Assembly: GCA_029762595.1 (NCBI GenBank)
Contig: JARVGJ010000004.1
Coordinates: 8,205-72,204 of the forward strand
Length of the DNA stretch: 64,000 nt
Reading direction: 5' to 3'
DNA from: Methanolobus sp.
GTDB lineage: Archaea > Halobacteriota > Methanosarcinia > Methanosarcinales > Methanosarcinaceae
Shown piece after piece: positions 1 through 8,522 of this stretch. Below the pieces are notes generated by a model. The model was given only the letters and a program-made list of their open reading frames with translations. It ran no database searches and was not told where the DNA came from. Position 1 is the stretch's first letter. Each line of letters opens with the position of its first letter. A program made the position numbers and the translations under genes.

Positions 1-2444
1 ATAACAGTGTGACGTCCTGCAGTCAGTATTTCATTGCCCACGCCAAGTGAATACAATCCACCAATGCGCTCGGGGTTGGTGTTACCGTTGTAGTAGACCT
101 TTACTGCTACTGAGTCCGGCTGACCGTTCTTGTAGTATATGTCCTCGATCTCTATAATGTGGTCAAGGAACTGCAGTTTATCTCCTGTGTTTATGGAGAA
201 TAGTTCAGAAGCTATGGAGATATCCTTCAGTTTATCACCATTGAAGTCATCCACATCCATGAGATAAACAACATTGTCATTGCCATCGTCATTGATGTCA
301 AAGCTGTCAAGACCTATCTGGTCAAGACGGTCTGCAACCGGGAAGTAGAAGTATGTCCAGTATGCTCCGGTTGGAGACATCACAGTACCTTCTGTTGGCT
401 GGTAGTGTTTGTCCATGAACATGTATGTGAACTCATTGACAACGAATTCCCAGGTGTATTTGTTGGGGCTGTCAAGCCAGACATTTCCGGTTGGCACTAC
501 AAGTTCAGGTACGAACCACTGCCTGAAGAATACTTTCTGCCAGGAGTCCTTGTTGTCCACAACTATACCTGCCTTTATCTTTGCAGGGTTGATGGTTACA
601 AAGTCCTTAATTGGTGCTTCAGGGCTTAGTGGGTCAAATGGTCCTTCTGCAGTCATATATGGGAATGCTGCGCTGTATGCATCCTCACCGTATATTCTAA
701 GGCCGTTGGTGTTCTCGTCGATCTCATTTACATAGATGTCAGTGAAACCTTCTGCCTGGTCGTAGACGAACATGACCCTCTGTGGGAGAACTACATCCCT
801 TGGTGTCTCACATACATCAGAGTTTGGTGCTCTCCATGAACTTGTGAACAGGAAGTCACCATATCCATCATCTATATCCGGCATTTCTGGGTATACGAAG
901 TCCTTATATTCATCCGGCATTGTCCTTATGTGCAGCCACTTCCATGCCTGTGCTTCAACTTCGCCTATACCCTCTTCATCAAGAATCTCCAGCAGGTCGG
1001 TGTGGAATCTTGACTCGAATGCATGGTCAACGAAGTAGATAAGCATTGGGCCAACACCGTATATCTTACGCTCTTCGATAGTATCATAGGCCGAATCAAT
1101 ATAGTTGGATTCGTACCACTCACCATCAGGTGCGTACATGTTAAGATTGTCACCATAGTAGCATGTCAGATCATCAGATGCATAGTCTGGAATGTTTATG
1201 TCATCTATCATTGTGTATTCACGGTTAAATGGTGGCAGCATTGGAACATATTCATTGGCCTTGATGTTCTTCTTAACGACTGAGAGGTCGTTCATGGAAA
1301 CATCTGTGTCCTGTGGTACAGGGTTTCTGATTGTTATGTACTTGACATTATTCCATGAAGAACCAAATATCCTAGCAACATCATATTCTGCACCATCCAC
1401 GAAGAATGTCTCTCTTTCATAGATCTGACGTCCTACATGTACAAGGACCTTGTCCATGCCAGCAGCTGCGCCCTCTACCTTAAGATACCATGGTTCGAAG
1501 AACTGTGGATAATCGTCTGTTACTGTGTGACGTCCGGAACTAAGGATTCCTTTGTCAACCTGTATGACATGTATACCACCTATCTGTTCAGGGTTAGTGT
1601 TACCATTATAGAAGATCTTCACAGCTACGGAATCGAGCTTACCGTTGACGTAATAGATTCCCTCGATCTCTACTATGTGGTCAAGGAACTGTAGTCTGTC
1701 ACCGATATTGACTGCGAACAGCTCGGAACGGATGCTTATATCCTTGTGACCGTCCTTGTTGAAATCGCCAACCCTTCTCAGGGTAACCATGTCGTCCATA
1801 CCATCATCGTTGATGTCAAAGCTGTCAAGACCTATCTGGGCATCGTCACGGTCTGCAACCGGGAAGTAGAAATTGGTCCAGTAGGCGCCTGTTGGGCTCT
1901 TTGCTGTAGCCTCAACTGGCTGATAATGTTTGTCAACGAACATGTAAGTGAATTCAGTCACTACATCATCAGAAAGATATTCATTTCTGTATGGTATCCA
2001 TTCCTTGTATTTGTAACATGAATTCTCTTCGATTTCCAGCATAGTGGATGAATCGCCTTCTACAATTTCAGTAACGTTGTCTTTGGTGCATTCATATTTG
2101 AATTTATCCAGCCAGACCATACCCGTTGGTTCTGTGTAATCTGGTACGAACCACTGCCTTGCAAAGACTTTCTGTTTGGAGTCAACATTGTTGACATAGA
2201 TATTCCCAAAGTCCTCTATTAAGGCCGGGTTAAACGTCACGAAATCTTTCTGTGGCGCTTCAGGGTTCATTGGGTCAAATGGAGCTACAGGATCCATATA
2301 AGGGAACGCTGCGCTATAACCATCCTCACCATAGAGCCGCAATGTATTTACATCATCTTCAGCACTAGCTGCAGCTGCCATTGCGATAATTGCAATAAGA
2401 GCAATAGCAACCACTAAAAGCTCATGCCTCAACTTCACTTTCAT
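1..2444 (-). CDS. Secreted cell-surface (S-layer-like) protein with a large internal tandem duplication; C-terminus lies beyond the window edge
   Basis: Absent from the ORF track because it runs off the window. Reverse-strand ATG at 2444-2442 is preceded by GGAGGA (complement of 2451-2456). Translation starts MKVKLRHELLVVAIALIAIIAMAAAAASAEDDVNTLRLYGEDGYSAAFPYMDPVAPFDPMNPEAPQKDF, a Sec signal peptide plus mature part. No in-frame stop down to position 1, since a closed ORF would have been listed. The + strand ORFs at 405-2021 are short shadow ORFs. Confidence 0.8.
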   Translation of the reverse strand, partial: MKVKLRHELLVVAIALIAIIAMAAAASAEDDVNTLRLYGEDGYSAAFPYMDPVAPFDPMNPEAPQKDFVTFNPALIEDFGNIYVNNVDSKQKVFARQWFVPDYTEPTGMVWLDKFKYECTKDNVTEIVEGDSSTMLEIEENSCYKYKEWIPYRNEYLSDDVVTEFTYMFVDKHYQPVEATAKSPTGAYWTNFYFPVADRDDAQIGLDSFDINDDGMDDMVTLRRVGDFNKDGHKDISIRSELFAVNIGDRLQFLDHIVEIEGIYYVNGKLDSVAVKIFYNGNTNPEQIGGIHVIQVDKGILSSGRHTVTDDYPQFFEPWYLKVEGAAAGMDKVLVHVGRQIYERETFFVDGAEYDVARIFGSSWNNVKYITIRNPVPQDTDVSMNDLSVVKKNIKANEYVPMLPPFNREYTMIDDINIPDYASDDLTCYYGDNLNMYAPDGEWYESNYIDSAYDTIEERKIYGVGPMLIYFVDHAFESRFHTDLLEILDEEGIGEVEAQAWKWLHIRTMPDEYKDFVYPEMPDIDDGYGDFLFTSSWRAPNSDVCETPRDVVLPQRVMFVYDQAEGFTDIYVNEIDENTNGLRIYGEDAYSAAFPYMTAEGPFDPLSPEAPIKDFVTINPAKIKAGIVVDNKDSWQKVFFRQWFVPELVVPTGNVWLDSPNKYTWEFVVNEFTYMFMDKHYQPTEGTVMSPTGAYWTYFYFPVADRLDQIGLDSFDINDDGNDNVVYLMDVDDFNGDKLKDISIASELFSINTGDKLQFLDHIIEIEDIYYKNGQPDSVAVKVYYNGNTNPERIGGLYSLGVGNEILTAGRHTV

Positions 2445-2734
2445 ATTATATCCTCCTTTCTTAAGCAATACCGACTCTTCGATACCATCAAACAAAAAAT
2501 GACTTTATCTCCACTCGTTCAATGATATCCAAGTGAAGTTGCCTTGGACTATCCCACCGACAACCCCAAATATTGATATGGGGTCAGATATTATAAACCG
2601 ATAAGAAATAGATGTTCAGAGCACTGTTTACAAACAAAATTCTGAAATATTGTTTAGAAACAATGTTTCTGTCAATATGAGGACCATGGATGAAAATAGA
2701 TGCTTATAAGTATCAAAATAAAAAAGTAGCAAGA

Positions 2735-3151
2735 TCATTGTGTGCCATTGGCTCTGCCTTGCAATGGAAAAATAACCGTATCATATGTAAATGCCAGCCA
2801 TAAGAGGAACGGAAAAGCTATCCTTCCGATGGCATAGATGTAAAGCAATTGTTCCTGGTAGGAGAAGAAAAGCAATTGCAAAAAAACTATGAACAAATTA
2901 AAAGCAATGGTTAGCAGAAGTCCGGCAAACAAGACCTTCAGAGTCTTCTTCCTTTCAAGTCCAGTGGCAAGTACCAGGGCAACAAAGGGGATGAAATTCA
3001 AAGGCATATAGAACAGGAAGAAATTCTTCAGATCCACTGTTACTACAGAGGCAGAGAAATATTGCCCGCCTACCGGCACCCACATAACAAATAAAAGGGA
3101 AAGATAAAGAAAAAACCTTTTTAGAAAAGGTATCATTCTTATCGTGTTCAT
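2735..3151 (-). CDS. Small polytopic membrane protein (about 4 TM helices), function unknown
   Basis: 138-aa ORF, strongly hydrophobic, starting 28 nt downstream of the stop of the PGF-CTERM protein gene on the same strand. Contains no Cys or His. Confidence 0.6.
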   Translation of the reverse strand: MNTIRMIPFLKRFFLYLSLLFVMWVPVGGQYFSASVVTVDLKNFFLFYMPLNFIPFVALVLATGLERKKTLKVLFAGLLLTIAFNLFIVFLQLLFFSYQEQLLYIYAIGRIAFPFLLWLAFTYDTVIFPLQGRANGTQ

Positions 3152-3179
3152 GGGTCCTTCCTTCTTAATATTCCTGCGT

Positions 3180-4727
3180 TCATGGTTTACGTTTCACGAA
3201 AACTGACTGCATGCAGCATGCAGCAGACAATGCCAGGAGACCAGCAAGGAAAGCAAAACCAGGTGTCTCTTTTGCTTCGCCTTCAGAGAGGGGGATATCC
3301 TCTTCACCAGCTTCTTCTGGCACAGATATCAAACTGTCATCAACCGGACTGGCAAGTCTGAAAACCACCGGGACTTCATTTATACCAATATTAACCGCTT
3401 CCCTGTCAATCAGAGTATATACTTCATCCATCAGTGAATTTCTGTCAACATTAGCACCTTCATTGATCCTTACTTCAAAGTATCCGTCAGGAGATACACC
3501 CATATTCAGGAGCGCACCACTTTGCAAATAGGGCAACAGATCATCCCTGACAGCATCGGAGATTGCATAGGAATCCCTGAAATACCATTGCCAGCATTCT
3601 TTTTCCGTATTTATCTGCGGCATCTTCCCGGCTGTTGCTAAAACAGTGGGATCATATACAGGGCTGTCACTGTCTGTCAGTTGTTCAAGCCCTGCCTCAC
3701 CGGTTGACCGGGCCCTCTGGAGCAGCGATTGCAGTACGTTACTTACCTGCGGTCCGGTACCCTCTCCAAATTCAACCGGCACGCCCGACATGTCTGCTTC
3801 CTGTGCCTTACCGTCCATAATAGTATATATCTCATCCATATATTCCCGATCTGCTGCCAGAGGTTTGTAGAAAACTATTACAAGATAGCCGGCAGAATTG
3901 ACACCTACAGATATGACCTTACCTTTTGAGAAAAGGTAATCATCTTCTAGCTCTTTGATAATGTCACTGGCAAGCGTCTCCATCTTATCAGAAGGAGCAG
4001 TATTATCCTGTTGCACTGTACCGTAACGGTCCATTACGCTATAATCATCAGGATGGAAACCAAATGTATAAGAATAATCAGATTCCTGAGCGGTGCTGGA
4101 CACGGGAGGAATGGGCCCTCCTGATGTGGCGGTCGTCCCTGATGTACCGGACGTGCTTTCACTGGTGCTTCCAAAATCAAGAACATCAGAAGGAGCAGAA
4201 GGTTCAGGCGTCTGGGAACCGACTGTAACCACTGCCCCTGTTGCTGTGCCCGTGATGAGACTGGAATCACTGCCCATAAGCATTACGTCTGTGAAACTAA
4301 TACTATAAACACCATCCTCCGCATTATCGCTCACCTTAAGAACGATACTGATAAGAGTACCGGTGCCAGGAGCGTAATTGTCTTCATAGCTAGCAAAGCC
4401 ATAGGATATAGTGCCATCTCCTTTATCACCACTTCCGGGTTCTAAAAGAAGATCTGCATCAAACAGAGTGCTCTCTGTTATACTTACCACTTCAAAAGCA
4501 GAAGGATCATAGGCCAGTTTGACGTGTGCGGCTTTCAACTGGTCAACACCTGAATCAACAACAACATCAACACCATATGATTCACCAGATAATATACCCG
4601 AATGGGACTGAGGTGATATTTGAACAGATGCTGTTGCAGACGCTACCACAATCCCTGATGAGAAAATAATCACTAAGACCAACATTACCATTAAAGGCAA
4701 TCTAAGATATTTGTTACTACTCCACAT
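3180..4727 (-). CDS. Secreted surface protein: signal peptide, cohesin-like domain, Ser/Thr-rich linker, two copies of an unknown domain, PGF-CTERM sorting tail
   Basis: N-terminal signal MVMLVLVIIFSSGIVVASA. The cohesin-like segment reads VDVVVDSGVDQLKAAHVKLAYDPSAFEVV...GTLISIVLKV. The linker reads GSTSESTSGTSGTTATSGG. The C-terminus ETPGFAFLAGLLALSAACCMQSVFVKRKP is PGF followed by a TM helix and a basic end. Confidence 0.85.
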   Translation of the reverse strand: MWSSNKYLRLPLMVMLVLVIIFSSGIVVASATASVQISPQSHSGILSGESYGVDVVVDSGVDQLKAAHVKLAYDPSAFEVVSITESTLFDADLLLEPGSGDKGDGTISYGFASYEDNYAPGTGTLISIVLKVSDNAEDGVYSISFTDVMLMGSDSSLITGTATGAVVTVGSQTPEPSAPSDVLDFGSTSESTSGTSGTTATSGGPIPPVSSTAQESDYSYTFGFHPDDYSVMDRYGTVQQDNTAPSDKMETLASDIIKELEDDYLFSKGKVISVGVNSAGYLVIVFYKPLAADREYMDEIYTIMDGKAQEADMSGVPVEFGEGTGPQVSNVLQSLLQRARSTGEAGLEQLTDSDSPVYDPTVLATAGKMPQINTEKECWQWYFRDSYAISDAVRDDLLPYLQSGALLNMGVSPDGYFEVRINEGANVDRNSLMDEVYTLIDREAVNIGINEVPVVFRLASPVDDSLISVPEEAGEEDIPLSEGEAKETPGFAFLAGLLALSAACCMQSVFVKRKP

Positions 4728-5351
4728 AATGAAACCCCCGTTGAATATCCATAGGCTTCCGGGCCTAATTGTTCAGTAATTAATATCCGGTTTTACTTCT
4801 CTAGATATATAGGTTCCGATTTGTTCAAAGATCTACAAAAATATCTGCCCAAAAAAGATTTGGAGAAATAAACGACCATAATGAACATTTATTTCCCCGG
4901 TTCTGTGGTGGTACGTGGGGGTATTTCTTAATAAAAGGCTATGCATTCTCACCATTAAATTCTGGAGACAAAGCACAACATACAATTATACATTTTCCTT
5001 CACAGTTAATAAATAATAAGGAAACATTATTTTGGAGGATTATTAAGTATTAAAGCACCTTAATTGATTCCATAGCTACTGAGCAAAATTAAGAAATTGA
5101 TAACATAATTCAAAAGCATACGATTTTGGGCACCGATTTTGCCGACCGGGGTTTGTCAGAATACCATCAGACAGCAGAACAATGCAAAGAAAATATTAAA
5201 ATCCATTGATATTAAAGTTCATTAAAAGGTTTTGCTTTACCAGAAAAGAAATAACCAAAAAATAATCAAAAACAATATAGAATAATATGAAATAAGAGAA
5301 AGGTGCGCAGATTAAAAAACCAACGACCTTTCACCTATTCCTTTTCTTTGT

Positions 5352-5435
5352 TTGGTGGTATCTGCTAAGTGGTACGAAAGATTGTTTCCCCCATCGAGGG
5401 GCTAACGGAGACAATTACGACCACCAAGTACCACT
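5352..5435. other. Pseudoknot-capable structured element in an 820-bp AT-rich spacer (possible small RNA or UTR structure)
   Basis: TTGGTGGT (5352-5359) is complementary to ACCACCAA (5420-5427), and AGTGGTAC (5368-5375) to GTACCACT (5428-5435), in a crossing arrangement. Inside sit ATTGT/ACAAT (5381-5385 / 5411-5415) and a CCCC-ATCGA-GGGG hairpin (about 5389-5401). Confidence 0.25.
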
Positions 5436-5562
5436 CTGTTCTCAAACGAGATAAAGTTTAGAGAAACACTTATGAGTAATATTGTTTAGTACCTAATGTA
5501 AGTAGGGTTCATTGGACAGTGCCGATATTTTCATGAACATGGTCTGCACCTACTGAAAGTTC

Positions 5563-5790
5563 CTATTTCTTCAGTTTTTTTCTGGCAATCAGATTTGAGA
5601 TCGTAGTATATATAAAGATGATTATCCCTATCCAGAGAATAGGTTGTCCTATTGTCTCATGTCCCAGATATGAAAGTGCAAGACCGATACTGAGTATCAG
5701 CACATTGATCTTAAGCAACTGCCTGTTAGTGCGCAGGACAGCTATATTTCTTTGCCTTTCATTCATCATTTTTTTCTTTTCCATTTTCAT
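5563..5790 (-). CDS. Small membrane protein (2 TM helices), unknown function
   Basis: 75-aa ORF directly downstream (7-nt gap) of sua5 on the same strand, with two hydrophobic helices and a basic N-terminus. Confidence 0.5.
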   Translation of the reverse strand: MKMEKKKMMNERQRNIAVLRTNRQLLKINVLILSIGLALSYLGHETIGQPILWIGIIIFIYTTISNLIARKKLKK

Positions 5791-5797
5791 GTAATCA

Positions 5798-6850
5798 CTA
5801 CACCTTAATAATCATATCAGCAGCTTTGCGCAACCTGTTAAAAACAGCTTGTCCTATTCCATCCGGATCAAATGAACCATCCACTATTATTATATCTGCC
5901 TTTTTTTCATCAAGATACCGGAGCCCGAAAAAAAGGTTCTTTGCAGCTTGCTCGGGTTTTTCTTTCTCACCAAGTGAATGAGAAATCTCACATGGAAATA
6001 CTTTTTTGCTTTCTTCGGTAAGCAGCAGCCCTATATTTGCACCCCTGTGATTAAAATCGACAATCATCTCTTTGATCCTGGAAATCACAGACTCATGCTG
6101 CCCCTCTACAAGAATAACAATTGAATCCGGAGAATAGTGAGTATACTTCATCCCCGGAGAGCGAACGGTCTCGCTTTCAGGATGTACCTTGTCATCATAG
6201 GCGATCCTCACATCACCAATACACAGTTCCAGCTCTTCCTTAGTTATTTTGCCGGGCCTCAATATTGCAGGGATATCACCGGTCATATCAACAACAGTAG
6301 ACTCAAGACCAATACTGACCTCACCACCATCCACAACTGCATCTATCCGTCCTGACAGATCACTTAGTACATGCCCTGCAGTGGTCGGGCTTGGCCTTCC
6401 GGAAAGATTTGCACTGGGTGCGGCTATAGGCTTGCCCGACTGTCTTATTAACTCCAGCGCTATCTCATTCCCAGGCATCCTGACAGCTACGGTATCCAAT
6501 CCGCCTGTGGTCACGTCAGGAACTATTGGTTTTCTTTCCATAATAAGCGTAAGCGGACCGGGCCAGAATTCATCCATCAGCAACAATGCCTTTTCCGGTA
6601 CGTTGCGAACCAGATCCATACATCTTTCCTTTGAATCTACATGAACTATGAGAGGATTGTCTGCAGGTCTGCCTTTTGCTTCAAATATCCGGCTTACAGC
6701 TTTTTCATTCAGTGCATCTGCTCCCAGCCCATAAACAGTCTCTGTGGGAAAAGCAACTGTACCGCCTTCTCTCAGTATTCGGGCAGCTTCAATTATCTGC
6801 TCATTCCCGATAATCCCACCTGTACGAAATATCCTTGTATCCTTTTTCAT
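5798..6850 (-). CDS. sua5: L-threonylcarbamoyladenylate synthase (Sua5/YwlC type, YrdC domain plus Sua5 C-terminal domain)
   Basis: Motifs VAFPTETVYGLGADA, KGRPADNPLIVHV and SANLSGRPSPT. The track ORF extends to 6931, but the internal ATG at 6850-6848 (MKKDTRIF...) matches the usual family N-terminus. Confidence 0.9.
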   Translation of the reverse strand: MKKDTRIFRTGGIIGNEQIIEAARILREGGTVAFPTETVYGLGADALNEKAVSRIFEAKGRPADNPLIVHVDSKERCMDLVRNVPEKALLLMDEFWPGPLTLIMERKPIVPDVTTGGLDTVAVRMPGNEIALELIRQSGKPIAAPSANLSGRPSPTTAGHVLSDLSGRIDAVVDGGEVSIGLESTVVDMTGDIPAILRPGKITKEELELCIGDVRIAYDDKVHPESETVRSPGMKYTHYSPDSIVILVEGQHESVISRIKEMIVDFNHRGANIGLLLTEESKKVFPCEISHSLGEKEKPEQAAKNLFFGLRYLDEKKADIIIVDGSFDPDGIGQAVFNRLRKAADMIIKV

Positions 6851-7086
6851 AACTGTTTTTTCATAAATGAAGCCTAATTGAACACCAGAATAAGCACTGG
6901 CTCTTTCCCTGCAAACCGCTGACTCATGCATAATAGCTTATATGCCAGTCACCTGCTATTTCTATTGAGTGCACCATATTGGATGATAAGGGTCATAAAT
7001 TTAATTGTTTGGTCTGTATAAAAAAACCGATGCATCTGCTATTAAACTGAAAAAATATGATTTGTTGTTATGATATTAAAATCAAT

Positions 7087-7689
7087 TTAAATGCCCTTAA
7101 GTATAACCATATCAACAAAGTCACTCAATTCATGTCCTTTTGAACCGATCTTGTGTTCAAATATCCTCGCCTGAGGACTCATCGTCCCAATTATCTCCCT
7201 TAATGCTGCTAACTTTTCAGGAGCCGCTGCATCTGCATCCATGAGTAATATTTCTGACTCCCTTATCTGGTTACTGACAACCCTCGGTATAAGATCGATG
7301 TCACTTTCCAGATTTATTACATCAAAAATATGTATGATCGGTGAAAAGGACATATCCATATTTTTCATATTACCCAGGCCTTCTCTTATTTCACCAGGCA
7401 TGGAATTGAAAGGAAGTTCAACAATGATATGATCAAAGGTATCTTGTTCATTAATGTCCTCTATTTCAGCCATCAGATCAAACAGGAAACTACAGGGAAC
7501 ACACGAGCTTATCATTTTTCTGACAAATACCCCGGAGTCTGCAACAACCGAATTTTCTTTTTCGTTCTCCAGATGTTCGGTAATCAGCACAGCAACCTTC
7601 TTACCCATTGAATTCAGAATATTTCCAATTAAGACAACAGTCTTTTCCTTTTCTGTACCTGCGAATCCACCTGCCATGATAATTTGCAT
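7087..7689 (-). CDS. CobW/HypB/UreG-like (G3E family) protein with degenerate P-loop and degenerate CxCC motif
   Basis: The layout matches CobW. MQIIMAGGFAGTEKEKT stands in place of GFLGSGKTT, SSCVPCS in place of GCICC, and DHIIVELPFNSMP in place of D.I.IETSGLA.P. ESEILLMDADAAAPEKL stands in place of AD.I..NK.DL. The start is taken at the internal ATG (7689) that yields the canonical N-terminus. Confidence 0.5.
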   Translation of the reverse strand: MQIIMAGGFAGTEKEKTVVLIGNILNSMGKKVAVLITEHLENEKENSVVADSGVFVRKMISSCVPCSFLFDLMAEIEDINEQDTFDHIIVELPFNSMPGEIREGLGNMKNMDMSFSPIIHIFDVINLESDIDLIPRVVSNQIRESEILLMDADAAAPEKLAALREIIGTMSPQARIFEHKIGSKGHELSDFVDMVILKGI

Positions 7690-7979
7690 AAAAAACCTCT
7701 TTTTCAAATAGAAGTGCATTGCATATAATCATTCTCTGTAAAATAGTCCATTATCATCATAAAAAACCCGAATTATGGCCATAGAATTATAGTCATAATT
7801 AGTATAATATATTTATCTATAGGGCTTGTTGAATCATTATTTATAGTCTTATTACAGACTATAATTCGGGAGATAATATCTAGAAAAACATTGAAGGGGT
7901 TATTCTTAGCCGTTAGGCTACATGCTTGAAAGGTTATACATGATCGCAAAGAAATTATCAGGGAGAGTGGAATCAAAAG

Positions 7980-8516
7980 ATGATCCGATTAAAGAACATA
8001 CTTCCAAAAGCATTTCTCATTGCCATTGTTGAAATGGTCAACATAGATGGCGTTGAAAAAACCTACCGTTTGCTCAATTCCATTGGCATAGAACTTGCAG
8101 AGATAGAAGGTCCGGGTTTTGAGGGAGCCTGGGAAGATGATATAAATTATCTACCGATTTGTCCTTTTGGTAGCGAATTAATAGATTTCAACAATATCTA
8201 TGGTGAAACACCACATCAGTTCAGCAAACTAATGAATTATGCAAACAAGTTAAAAGACGAATCTGAGGACCCATGGAACTTCCCGGCACTTTCCAGTGTC
8301 CTTGGCATACTTCAACATAGTTACACCCGACGTCGGGCAGAGCTTGCGCAAGCAAAGATATACAATGTAGGAAGCAAGTCTGCAATTAACAACATTAAAG
8401 TGTATAATGAACAAGCTATTGAAAAGGCAGGGATAACACAAGAATATGTAGATGAGTTGCTCGAGCATGTATTTTGTGTATACAAGGTCGAATATAATCA
8501 AAAAAGCAATATCTAA
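7980..8516 (+). CDS. Hypothetical protein, first gene of the alpha-glucan cluster
   Basis: 178-aa ORF ending 6 nt before the GH15 gene. No motif recognised. Confidence 0.55.
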   Translation: MIRLKNILPKAFLIAIVEMVNIDGVEKTYRLLNSIGIELAEIEGPGFEGAWEDDINYLPICPFGSELIDFNNIYGETPHQFSKLMNYANKLKDESEDPWNFPALSSVLGILQHSYTRRRAELAQAKIYNVGSKSAINNIKVYNEQAIEKAGITQEYVDELLEHVFCVYKVEYNQKSNI

Positions 8517-8522
8517 AAAGGG

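Noticed and set aside
405-2021. Nine + strand ORFs of 74-108 aa listed in the track across the first 2 kb
   Set aside because: They lie antisense to one continuous, protein-like minus-strand frame that has a signal peptide, an SD and duplicated conserved motifs. Their translations are low-complexity and stop-bounded at random, so they are shadow ORFs.
2735-3151. Possibility that the 138-aa membrane protein next to the PGF-CTERM protein is an archaeosortase
   Set aside because: Archaeosortases and exosortases need a Cys/Arg/His catalytic set and are larger. This protein contains no Cys and no His at all.
5798-6931. Long N-terminal extensions of track ORFs, here and at 7690-7719, 21489-21560, 34733-34765, 35526-35621, 35620-35787, 57415-57510 and 61627-61740
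   Set aside because: The extensions lack family conservation. They overlap neighbouring genes or promoters, and internal starts with good SD spacing give canonical family N-termini.
7773-7976. 67-aa minus-strand ORF in the AT-rich spacer before the glucan cluster
   Set aside because: AT-rich, Ile/Asn-rich translation typical of non-coding DNA. The region contains promoter-like and short inverted-repeat sequences instead (CCCGAATTAT ... ATAATTCGGG).
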